Of a stretch of 34,157 nt of DNA, positions 17,274 through 25,557 are shown one piece after another. Both the position numbers and the translations under genes were made by a program. This DNA is from an uncultured Clostridia bacterium. GTDB taxonomy: Bacteria > Bacillota > Clostridia > Christensenellales > Pumilibacteraceae. The DNA lies in assembly GCA_944376015.1 (NCBI GenBank), contig CALWBH010000074.1, positions 1 to 34,157 on the forward strand. The letters run 5' to 3'. Below the pieces are notes generated by a model. The model was not told where the DNA came from, made no database searches, and saw only the letters and a program-made list of their open reading frames with translations. The stretch's first letter is position 1. Each line of letters opens with the position of its first letter.

Positions 17274-17978
17274 ATGTCGAAACTTAACGAAAATTATTTT
17301 AAGACGGAAGAGGGCGGGAAAGAACCGGCGGATATAGCGTCGGTTATAGGTGCCGACGAAAAAATACTCTGGCGGGGGAAGCCCAAAAAATCCGTTTATA
17401 TAGCGGGCAGAGTGTTGAGTATGTTGCCGTTCGCTCTGTTGTGGCTGGCGTTCGACGGGACGTTTATTGCGATGCTGTGTATATTCGGCTCGTCCATGCC
17501 GCTTCCTTTCATTATAGGTATCTGCGTGTTTTTCGCTTTCCATCTTGCTCCGGTGTGGATATGGATAGCGAATGTCGTCACGGCAAACAGACAGCATAAG
17601 AATCTCGAATATGCCTTTACCGACAGGCGCATAATCGTAAAGTCGGGAATAATAGGGATCGACTTCAAAAATATTTTTTACGCGGATATCGGTTCGGTAA
17701 ACCTTCGCGTGGGCATCATAGACAAAATATGCAAGACGGGCGATATTTATATAAAAAGCCGCGAAGGCGCGACGGTGCTTTACGATCTCGAAAATCCCTA
17801 TTTTCTTGTCGAACGTTTGCAGAAGATAACGCTCGACCTTAAAATGGACGCGTCTTATCCCAACGAACTCAGACCCAAAACAAACAGCGGATTCGGCACC
17901 GAGTACACCGCGGGCGAAGCCGAACAGGTCGGAAACGCCGTCTCTGCGGATAACGGCAAGGGGAAAGACGAAAAGTGA
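17274..17978 (+). CDS. membrane protein with bacterial PH (bPH_2/YdbS-like) domain
   Basis: EKILWRGKPKK, then two TM helices, then YAFTDRRIIVKSGIIG...I.Y..I..V, the usual bPH_2 architecture. RBS AAGGAGGAG. Confidence 0.7.
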   Translation: MSKLNENYFKTEEGGKEPADIASVIGADEKILWRGKPKKSVYIAGRVLSMLPFALLWLAFDGTFIAMLCIFGSSMPLPFIIGICVFFAFHLAPVWIWIANVVTANRQHKNLEYAFTDRRIIVKSGIIGIDFKNIFYADIGSVNLRVGIIDKICKTGDIYIKSREGATVLYDLENPYFLVERLQKITLDLKMDASYPNELRPKTNSGFGTEYTAGEAEQVGNAVSADNGKGKDEK

Positions 17979-17986
17979 TTTGCATA

Positions 17987-18027
17987 AAAAGACGGCTGCC
18001 GTGTAAGTCGGAAACGCCGTCTTTTTT
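17987..18027 (+). terminator. intrinsic terminator
   Basis: AAAAGACGGC ... GCCGTCTTTT followed by TT. The loop is long (19 nt). Confidence 0.6.
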
Positions 18028-18201
18028 GTTTGTACGCCGACATAAAACGTGTTTCGGCTTTCGTTGCAATGGAGAGTAAAAATAATTGCAATTCTTGTTT
18101 TTATGGCGTTTTTTTCGCGAAAACAGATTGCAATTATTATTTTTTTGAGTGTAATAAAGCTGTAAAATTTTGATTTATTTGCTTCGGGGCGGGTAATTTA
18201 C

Positions 18202-18230
18202 TTTGCATTTCGGCAAGTATGTGTTATAAT
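18202..18230 (+). promoter_or_regulatory. sigma-70-type promoter (extended -10) of ldh-malic enzyme operon
   Basis: TTTGCA (18202-18207), 17-nt spacer ending TGT, TATAAT (18225-18230). Confidence 0.6.
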
Positions 18231-18373
18231 GTTCGGGATATCGGGGAAAGGACTTATCGCTTTTTTTGGCGGTGGTCCTTATCTTGCGGCCAAAAAGGGG
18301 GAAATTGTCGCGCGGCGGCGTCAGCCGCAATATTACTGTGTAAAAAAATTTTATATAAACGGAAAAAAGGACC

Positions 18374-19312
18374 ATGATCAGAAAACACTCGAAAATCAGT
18401 ATCATCGGAGCGGGATCGGTAGGCGCGTCCATAGCGTTTTCCATCGCCACTCAGAAACTTGTGTCCGAGATAGTAATTATCGACGTCAACAAGAACAAAG
18501 CCGAAGGCGAAGCAATGGATATAAGCCACGGGCTTGTGACCATGAGCGCAATGGACGTTCACAGCGGCGAATATTCGGAGATCGTCGACAGCGACGTTAT
18601 CGTTATCACCGCAGGGCTCGGACGCAAACCGGGCGAGAGCCGTCTCGATCTTGCCGCAAAGAACGTCGGCATAGCGAAAGACATTTCCGCCAATATCATG
18701 AAGTATTACAACGGCGGCGTGATTATGGTGGTAGCCAATCCCGTGGACGTATTCACATACGTTGTGCAGAAAGAAACGGGCTTGCCCGCCAATATGGTCA
18801 TCGGTACGGGTACGTCGCTTGACAGCGCGCGTTTCCGTTACCTGCTCAGCGAAAAGATGGGCATCGACATCAGAAACATACACGGTTTCATCGCCGGCGA
18901 GCACGGAGACAGCCAGTTCGCGGTATGGAGCAGCGTGCACGTTGCCGGAATGTCGCTCAATTCCTATTGTGCGAAGAGCGGTATCGTCATCGACAGGAAC
19001 GAGATCGAAAAACAGGTCATCACTTCCGGTTCGCAGGTAATACAGCTCAAGGGCGCGACCTTCTACGGCATAGCGTCCATAACCGCTCAGCTTTGCAATA
19101 CCATTCTTAAAGACAAGCGCAGTATTTACAACATCAGCACGTTGCTCGACGATTATTGCGGCATAAGCGGCGTTTGCGTCAGCGTGCCTACCGTACTCGG
19201 ACTCGAAGGCGCGATTAAACGCATTCCTTTCGATTTCACGGGCGAAGAAATGGATAAACTCGCAGGTTCCGCAAGAAAACTGCGCGAGTTCCTTGACAGT
19301 CTTAATATCTGA
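18374..19312 (+). CDS. ldh: L-lactate dehydrogenase
   Basis: KISIIGAGSVGAS (Rossmann fold), VITAG..RKPGESRLDL, GEHGDSQFAVWS. Length is 312 aa. Confidence 0.9.
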   Translation: MIRKHSKISIIGAGSVGASIAFSIATQKLVSEIVIIDVNKNKAEGEAMDISHGLVTMSAMDVHSGEYSEIVDSDVIVITAGLGRKPGESRLDLAAKNVGIAKDISANIMKYYNGGVIMVVANPVDVFTYVVQKETGLPANMVIGTGTSLDSARFRYLLSEKMGIDIRNIHGFIAGEHGDSQFAVWSSVHVAGMSLNSYCAKSGIVIDRNEIEKQVITSGSQVIQLKGATFYGIASITAQLCNTILKDKRSIYNISTLLDDYCGISGVCVSVPTVLGLEGAIKRIPFDFTGEEMDKLAGSARKLREFLDSLNI

Positions 19313-19344
19313 AAATCATCCTTTAATTACAGGAGAAAGTAAAA

Positions 19345-20517
19345 ATGGATAAGAAACAGTTTGCACTCGAAAAGCATAAAGAGTGGGCGGGCAAGATAGA
19401 AGTCGTTACGCGCGCCCCCATAACCAACCGCGAAGAACTTTCCGTCGCATATACGCCCGGAGTCGCGGAACCCTGCCTTGAAATATCCAAGGACGTCGAT
19501 CTCAGCTACGTTTATACCCGTCGCGCCAATCTTGTCGCGGTAGTTACCGACGGTACGGCGGTGCTCGGGCTCGGCGACATAGGCCCCGAAGCGGGTATGC
19601 CCGTTATGGAAGGCAAATGCGCGCTCTTCAAGACGTTCGGCGACGTCGACGCGTTCCCGCTCTGCGTGCGCAGCAAGGAAGTCGACGACATAGTTAAGAC
19701 CGTACAGCTGCTCGCAGGCAGCTTCGGCGGAATCAATCTCGAAGATATCAGCGCTCCCCGCTGCTTCGAAATAGAGAAGAAACTCAAAGAAGTCTGCGAT
19801 ATACCCGTTTTCCACGACGACCAGCACGGTACGGCGGTCGTTACCATGGCGGCTATGATAAACGCGCTCAAACTCGTCGGTAAGAAGATAGAGGATATCT
19901 CCGTCGTAGTCAACGGTAGCGGCGCGGCAGGTATAGCCATTACCCGCCTGCTTATGAGCAGAGGACTTAAAAAAGTCATTCTCTGCGACCGTAAAGGCGC
20001 TGTTTACGAGGGCAGAGACGGTCTCAATTCCATCAAAGAGGAGATGGCTAAGATATCCAATCTCGAAAAGAAAAAGGGCGGACTTAAAGACGTTATCGTC
20101 GGCGCGGACGTGTTTATCGGCGTTTCCGCTCCTGGCAGTCTGACCGCCGAAATGGTCGCTACCATGAATAAAAATCCCATTGTGTTCGCAATGGCAAACC
20201 CCGTACCCGAGATCATGCCCGACGAAGCCAAGAAAGCGGGCGTTGCGATAATGGGAACGGGCAGAAGCGATTTCCCCAACCAGATAAACAACGTGCTTGC
20301 ATTCCCCGGTATCTTCCGCGGCGCGCTTGACGTCCGCGCAAGCGACATCAACGACGAGATGAAGATAGCGGCGGCGGAAGCCATCGCTTCGGTAATTCCC
20401 GACAGCGAGCTCAGACCCGACTACATCATACCCGATTCCTTCCACCCTGCGGTCAAAGACGCGGTTGCCGAAGCGGTAAAAGCGGCGGCAAGAAGAACGG
20501 GCGTCGCAAGGATTTGA
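19345..20517 (+). CDS. NAD(P)-dependent malic enzyme (short form, no PTA domain)
   Basis: LSVAYTPGVAEPC, VVTDGTAVLGLGDIGPEAGMPVMEGKCALFK, FGGINLEDI, NGSGAAGIA, NQINNVLAFPGIFRGALD. RBS AGGAGA lies 32 nt after the ldh stop, so the two genes are probably co-transcribed. Confidence 0.9.
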   Translation: MDKKQFALEKHKEWAGKIEVVTRAPITNREELSVAYTPGVAEPCLEISKDVDLSYVYTRRANLVAVVTDGTAVLGLGDIGPEAGMPVMEGKCALFKTFGDVDAFPLCVRSKEVDDIVKTVQLLAGSFGGINLEDISAPRCFEIEKKLKEVCDIPVFHDDQHGTAVVTMAAMINALKLVGKKIEDISVVVNGSGAAGIAITRLLMSRGLKKVILCDRKGAVYEGRDGLNSIKEEMAKISNLEKKKGGLKDVIVGADVFIGVSAPGSLTAEMVATMNKNPIVFAMANPVPEIMPDEAKKAGVAIMGTGRSDFPNQINNVLAFPGIFRGALDVRASDINDEMKIAAAEAIASVIPDSELRPDYIIPDSFHPAVKDAVAEAVKAAARRTGVARI

Positions 20518-20587
20518 AAGTAAATCGTTCTGCGTATCATGTAGACAACGGAACGTCGCGAAGGTAAGCGCGCAAATAATTAAAATC

Positions 20588-20625
20588 AAAGGGGCTGTCA
20601 CATTTAATTATGCGACAGCCCCTTT
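20588..20625. terminator. bidirectional intrinsic terminator (convergent malic enzyme / AraC genes)
   Basis: AAAGGGGCTGTC-(14 nt)-GACAGCCCCTTT. Confidence 0.75.
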
Positions 20626-20721
20626 GCATAAGGCGGGAATGTATTGAATTATATAAATCAACTCTATTACTTAATGCGGCTATGCGTTCCTTTGAACTTC
20701 CGCGTAGTAGATTTAAGTTTT

Positions 20722-21510
20722 TTACGGAGCGTCCGAAAGCTTTCGGCAGGGCGGTCTGCCCATGATTTTCGTATACGCGCGGTAGAAGGTGGAGTAATCG
20801 TAATAGCCGTATTCTTCCGCGGCTTTGGTCGGACGTTCGCCGAAGGATATCATTCTGTGCGCGGCGAGTATCTTTTTTATGCGCACGTACTGTATCAGCG
20901 ATACTTTCATATAATTACTGAATTTGTTACTGACGTAGGACGGGGAAAGTCCGAGCGCGTCGCAGACGTCGGACAGCGTTATGGTCTTTTTAAGATTGGC
21001 GTTTATAAACCCGACGATTTCCGCAATGGTTTTGTTTCGGACAAGCGTTTTTTCGCTTTCCCTGGCATGACAAAGCAGTAACAACAGTTCGAGCAGTCGG
21101 CAATGCGAAAGCGTACCGCGCTCGTCTTTGTCGTTTTTTGCGGCTATCGCGTCTACGTCCGAAAACAGTTTTTTCATTTCGTCCGTAACCGTATAAAAAG
21201 GCTGTTTGTCCGATAATCGCGAGATGATGAAAGCCGGCACCGCCGTTTCGTCGAACTTGAAAGAATAATGCTCGTAAGGCGGCGCGTTTTTCGCGAATCT
21301 GAGAAAGTGATGTTCGCCGGGCAGTATAAAAATTATGTCGCCGGCGCCCAGCCTGCAACCCGTTTCTTCCATGACGAAATCACATTCCCCGCGCACGAAA
21401 TAAAGCAGCTCATAAAAATCGTGGTAATGCTGTGCAAAATCGGGCTTGGTTATCGGCGACGCTTCGTATCTGTGCGCCAGTTCTATGCCGTTGTAAGCGA
21501 ATTCGAACAT
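20722..21510 (-). CDS. AraC family transcriptional regulator (cupin + HTH)
   Basis: N-terminal cupin-like HYHDFYELLYFVRGE...PGEHH and a C-terminal AraC HTH (LSDVCDALGLSPSYVSNKFSNYMKVSLIQYVRIKKI...YGYYDYSTFYRAYTKIMGRPP). RBS G-rich (GGGGGGGAG). Confidence 0.85.
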   Translation of the reverse strand: MFEFAYNGIELAHRYEASPITKPDFAQHYHDFYELLYFVRGECDFVMEETGCRLGAGDIIFILPGEHHFLRFAKNAPPYEHYSFKFDETAVPAFIISRLSDKQPFYTVTDEMKKLFSDVDAIAAKNDKDERGTLSHCRLLELLLLLCHARESEKTLVRNKTIAEIVGFINANLKKTITLSDVCDALGLSPSYVSNKFSNYMKVSLIQYVRIKKILAAHRMISFGERPTKAAEEYGYYDYSTFYRAYTKIMGRPPCRKLSDAP

Positions 21511-21770
21511 GACATAGCTCCCCCCCCTTGACTGTTGCGCCGCATACTCGGGCGCGTTGTTTTTTTGCCTTCATGATCCTTTCGGTTTTTTCATTATATC
21601 ATGTTTATAGTAAAAATTGCAATATTTTCATAATTTTTCACAAAAAATTCACGCATTTTATTTTGCGGTGCGCAAAATATAAAAGATCGTAAGTTTTCAT
21701 GGCAATTTTCATAAAACTCAGAGTATTTTAATTTAGTGATAAAGATTTTAAGTTTCTTGGAAGGGGGAAC

Positions 21771-21804
21771 GGGGGTGACCTTCTTTGAAAAGAAGGTCAC
21801 CCCC
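21771..21804 (-). terminator. strong hairpin 22 nt after the suf stop (probable terminator, no clear U-tract)
   Basis: GGGGGTGACCTTCTT-TGAA-AAGAAGGTCACCCCC is a perfect 15-bp stem. Neither strand has a canonical T-run immediately after it. Confidence 0.45.
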
Positions 21805-21825
21805 GCAAAAAATTCGATACAAAAA

Positions 21826-22746
21826 TCAGTTCAAGAAACCTTTGATTATGGTGTCTTCGGCTTCCTTTTCGCTGAGACCGAGCGTCATCAGTTTTATGAG
21901 CTGATCTCCCGCTATCTTGCCGACGGCGGCTTCGTGGACGAGCGAGGCTTCGGGACTCTTTGCGTCTATCTTGGGCGTGGAGAGTATGCGCGCGTTGTCG
22001 AGCAGTATGCCGTCGCATTCGACGTGTCCGAAACAGCGGTTTTTACCGATTACGTCGGAAATGAACGACTGGTAGGAATTGTCGCGCGCTACGCTGCGGC
22101 TGACGACGTCCACGCTGCTGCCTTCGCCTGCGAGCGTTACTCTGAAACGCGTTATCGCGCGTTCGGTGCCCGAAGTGAGTATTTTTTCCTTGACGATAAG
22201 CCGCGCGTTTTTGTAAAGGGTGGCGGTCATGGCGCGGTCGGTGTCGGTTACGCCGCCGAGCTGAGTCGCTTCCATATACAGCGTCGCACCATTCTTGACA
22301 AACGCGCGGGTGACGGGGTTAAACGCCTTTTTGCCTTCCGCGTTGCCTTCGGCGTAGTGCCGCTCGATGTAGCGCACGCTGCTGCCTTCTTCGAGGTGGA
22401 AGGTATGCACGCCGTCGTGACGGCTTTCGCCGCAGGTGTCGTTGTGTATACCGCAGCCCGCGATTATAGTCACTTCCGCGCCCTTGCCGATATAGAAATC
22501 GTTGTAAACGGTGTCGAGCAAACCGCCTTTGGTGAGAATGACGGGGATATGCACGCTTTTGTTTTTAATGCCCGCCTTGACGAAAATGTCGATGCCTTCC
22601 TTGCCGTCGGTGCGGGGGAGTATTTCCACGTCGCTGTCGGAGGAGCGGGCAAGGCTTTTGCCGTCCTTGCGGATATTGTACGAGCCTTCGGGTATGCCGT
22701 GAAGCTCGGCGATCTTAAATAAAAGTTCGGTGTCGAGTTTATCCAT
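21826..22746 (-). CDS. SufB/SufD-family Fe-S cluster assembly scaffold protein (short form)
   Basis: Beta-helix-type repeats with ...RFRVTLAGEGSSVDVVSRSVA...GHVECDGILLD...ILSTPKIDA....ASLVHEAAVGKIAGDQLIKLMTLGLSEKEAEDTIIKGF, the characteristic SufBD C-terminus. Start at MDKLD (ATG 22746, RBS AAGGAGA), overlapping the upstream gene by 8 nt. Confidence 0.8.
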   Translation of the reverse strand: MDKLDTELLFKIAELHGIPEGSYNIRKDGKSLARSSDSDVEILPRTDGKEGIDIFVKAGIKNKSVHIPVILTKGGLLDTVYNDFYIGKGAEVTIIAGCGIHNDTCGESRHDGVHTFHLEEGSSVRYIERHYAEGNAEGKKAFNPVTRAFVKNGATLYMEATQLGGVTDTDRAMTATLYKNARLIVKEKILTSGTERAITRFRVTLAGEGSSVDVVSRSVARDNSYQSFISDVIGKNRCFGHVECDGILLDNARILSTPKIDAKSPEASLVHEAAVGKIAGDQLIKLMTLGLSEKEAEDTIIKGFLN

Positions 22747-23464
22747 TGTCGGTCTCCTTGATAGCCGAGCAGACGTTGGCACTGCTGCTGATGTGCGGCA
22801 ACATTTTCTCGCGCGCGCCGAAAAGCGGTTTCGATTCTTTGTCGAGCAGTACGACGTAGTCCGCGATGTCGATAATCTTGCTCTGGTGCGAAACGATAAC
22901 GACGGTTTTGCCTTTGAGCCCTTTGAACAAGCCCGTCAGACTGTCGAAGCTCCACAGGTCGATACCCGCTTCGGGTTCGTCGAGCAGGAATACTTCGCCG
23001 CCTTTGGCAAGCGCCATGGCGAGTTCCACGCGTTTAAGCTCGCCGCCCGAAAGACTGTCGCTCATTTCGCGGTCGATATAGTCGCGCGCGCACAGCCCCA
23101 CGACGGACAGCTTGTCGCAAAGCTCGCCGAGCGAGTTTTTCTGCCCGCTGGCAATGTCGAGCAGTCTGCGCACGGTAATGCCCTTGAAACGCACGGGTTG
23201 CTGGAAAGCGGTGGTAAATCCAAGGTTAGCGCGCGCGGTAATGCTTTCGTCGGTAATGTCCGCGCCGTTATAGTAAATCCGCCCGCCCGTAGGCTTTTCG
23301 ATACCCGCGAGCAGTTTTATCAGCGTGCTTTTTCCGCTGCCGTTATGTCCGGTAATGACGGTCACCGCGTGGTCGGGGAGCGTAATGTTTATATCCGAAA
23401 GAATGGTTTTGCGTTTCCCGTCCGCACCGCTTACCGTATAGTTTATGTTTTTCAGTTCGATCAT
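22739..23464 (-). CDS. ABC-type ATPase, SufC-like
   Basis: Walker A GHNGSGKST, signature LSGGELKR, Walker B FLLDEPEAGID, and a SufC-like ARANLGFTTAFQQPV segment. Start at MIELKN (ATG 23464, RBS GGAG). Confidence 0.8.
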   Translation of the reverse strand: MIELKNINYTVSGADGKRKTILSDINITLPDHAVTVITGHNGSGKSTLIKLLAGIEKPTGGRIYYNGADITDESITARANLGFTTAFQQPVRFKGITVRRLLDIASGQKNSLGELCDKLSVVGLCARDYIDREMSDSLSGGELKRVELAMALAKGGEVFLLDEPEAGIDLWSFDSLTGLFKGLKGKTVVIVSHQSKIIDIADYVVLLDKESKPLFGAREKMLPHISSSANVCSAIKETDNG

Positions 23465-23564
23465 GTGCAGTCTCCGTGTATTGTTTCTCGCGCTTTGTCT
23501 TATGCTTAGCCGCGTATGCCGAGCGCCGTGTCTGCCTGCGTAACTCGCGCCGCGGGTATTGTTT

Positions 23565-23593
23565 ATTATATAACCGATAACGATTCTTGTCAA
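23565..23593 (-). promoter_or_regulatory. consensus sigma-70 promoter of the suf pair
   Basis: On the minus strand: TTGACA (23593-23588), 17-nt spacer, TATAAT (23570-23565). Confidence 0.65.
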
Positions 23594-23695
23594 GAAATTA
23601 CGCGCAGGGCAATGCGCAAAGCCCGTTATCGGGAGCGGATAACATAAGGATAGGTGAAAAATATCGAAAAATATACAAAGAATTTTATGACATAC

Positions 23696-23724
23696 TTGTT
23701 TTTGCCGCTTTAATTTGTTATAAT
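23696..23724 (+). promoter_or_regulatory. sigma-70-type promoter (extended -10) of the Type I R-M operon
   Basis: TTGTTT (23696-23701), 17-nt spacer ending TGT, TATAAT (23719-23724). Confidence 0.55.
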
Positions 23725-23777
23725 CGTATTAAGGGCGTTTTATCGTGAAAGCGCAAGCCCTTGTAAGGAGCTTAAAA

Positions 23778-25553
23778 ATGGAAGAACTTATGACGAAATA
23801 TCAGAAACAGACCACGGTCAACGTCAGGGAAAAAGCGGATTTGATCTGGTCGATCGCGGACAAGCTGCGCGGATTGTACAAACCGCACGAGTACGGCAAC
23901 GCGATATTGCCGCTTTGCGTCATAAAAAGATTTTCCGATACGCTCAAACCCACAAGGGAAGCGGTGCTTGCGAAGAACAAAGAGCTTGACGAAAGACAGA
24001 TAAAAGTCAAGGAAGTTTTCCTGCGCCGCGCGGCGAACGCGCTGTTTTACAACATAAGCCCGATGTCGTTCGAAGACCTGCTCAAAGACCCCGACAATGT
24101 GGACGTGAACCTGAAAAAGTATTTGCAGGGTTTTTCGATGAACGTCATCGACATAATAGCGAAATTCGATTTCGAGAACGAGATAGACAAAATGTCGAAC
24201 GGCAACGTGCTGTATGTCGTGCTTCGCGAGTTCTGCTCGCAGAAAGCGTATCTCGGCGCGGATAAAGTGTCGGCGCAGGATATGGGTTATATCTTCGAGG
24301 AGCTCGTCAGGAAATTCTCCGAAAGCTACAACGAAGAAGCGGGGGCGCATTTCACCGCCCGCGACATTATATATCTGATGACCGACCTGCTCATCGGCGA
24401 CGACGCGGAGGAGCTTAAACGCGACGGTATCACGAAAACGGTCTACGACATGACGATGGGCACTTCGCAAATGCTCGCGTGCATGACCGAGCGCCTTGAA
24501 AGCATAGACGAAAACGCCGTCATAACCTGTTACGGTCAGGAATTCAACCCGCAGACTTACGCCATTGCCAAAGCCGATATGCTGATAAAAGGCGGCAGCG
24601 CGGATAATATGAAACTGGGCGACACCCTTTCGGACGACGCGTTCAAAGGCTATCATTTCGATTACATAATTTCCAACCCGCCTTTCGGCATAGAGTGGAA
24701 GCGCGAGCAGAAAGCCGTCGAAAAGGAGCACGAGGAAGGCGAAGCGGGGCGGTTCGGCGCGGGACTTCCGCCTGTGTCCGACGGTCAGATGCTCTTTATG
24801 CTCAACGGCGTGAGCAAACTCAAAGAAAACGGCGGCAGAATGGCTATCATTCAGAACGGCTCTCCGCTGTTCTCGGGCGACGCGGGCAGCGGCCAGAGCA
24901 ATATCCGCGGGTACCTGCTCGAAAACGACTGGCTGGAAGCGATCGTCCAGCTTCCCAACGACTTGTTTTACAATACGGGCATAGCGACTTATGTGTGGCT
25001 CGTGTGCAAGGGCAAAAAGGAAAACAGACAAGGCAAAGTACAGCTTATCGACGCAAGCAAGTGTTTCGAAAAACGCCGTAAAAGCCTGGGCAACAAGCGC
25101 AACGAGCTTTCGGGCGAGTGCGTGCGCCTTATACTCCGCGCCTATCTCGACTTTACCGACGGCGTTTACGAAGAAAACGGAAAGACGGTGGAAAGCAAGG
25201 TTTTTTCAAACGAGTTTTTCAAGTACAGAAAAGTCACCGTCGAACGTCCTTTACTGGGCGATAACGGCGGCATAGTAATGAAAAAAGGCAAGCCCGTGCC
25301 CGATCCCAAACTGCGCGATACCGAAATTATCCCTTGGGGAACGGATACCGACGAATATATGCGCAAAAACGTCCTGCCTTTCGCCCCCGACGCATGGGTC
25401 GACGAATCCAAAACAAAGACGGGTTATGAAATACCGTTCACGCGGCAGTTTTACAAGTACGTCGCGCCCCGTCGCAGCGAGGATATTTTTGCCGAGCTTA
25501 AAACGCTCGAAACGGAAGAAACCGAAATAATGAAGGAGCTTTTCGGGGAATGA
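23778..25553 (+). CDS. hsdM: Type I restriction-modification system, DNA methyltransferase subunit M (N6-adenine)
   Basis: HsdM_N-like N-terminus (DLIWSIADKLRG...), NPPF motif IV (IISNPPFGIEW), and operon context with hsdS and hsdR. Start at ATG 23778, 7 nt after AAGGAG; the track ORF starts at GTG 23745. Confidence 0.9.
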   Translation: MEELMTKYQKQTTVNVREKADLIWSIADKLRGLYKPHEYGNAILPLCVIKRFSDTLKPTREAVLAKNKELDERQIKVKEVFLRRAANALFYNISPMSFEDLLKDPDNVDVNLKKYLQGFSMNVIDIIAKFDFENEIDKMSNGNVLYVVLREFCSQKAYLGADKVSAQDMGYIFEELVRKFSESYNEEAGAHFTARDIIYLMTDLLIGDDAEELKRDGITKTVYDMTMGTSQMLACMTERLESIDENAVITCYGQEFNPQTYAIAKADMLIKGGSADNMKLGDTLSDDAFKGYHFDYIISNPPFGIEWKREQKAVEKEHEEGEAGRFGAGLPPVSDGQMLFMLNGVSKLKENGGRMAIIQNGSPLFSGDAGSGQSNIRGYLLENDWLEAIVQLPNDLFYNTGIATYVWLVCKGKKENRQGKVQLIDASKCFEKRRKSLGNKRNELSGECVRLILRAYLDFTDGVYEENGKTVESKVFSNEFFKYRKVTVERPLLGDNGGIVMKKGKPVPDPKLRDTEIIPWGTDTDEYMRKNVLPFAPDAWVDESKTKTGYEIPFTRQFYKYVAPRRSEDIFAELKTLETEETEIMKELFGE

Positions 25554-25557
25554 ATGA
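25449..25557 (+). repeat. direct repeat copy 1 (authentic hsdM 3' end + RBS + ATGA junction)
   Basis: 109 bp. Positions 25473-25557 are identical to 26635-26719 (85 of 85). The first 24 bp carry 5 mismatches. Confidence 0.95.

Noticed and set aside
18229-18822. 197-aa plus-strand ORF and 228-aa minus-strand ORF (18254-18940) overlapping ldh.
   Set aside because: Both are out-of-frame or antisense overlaps of a clear L-lactate dehydrogenase. Their translations are Arg-rich low-complexity sequence.
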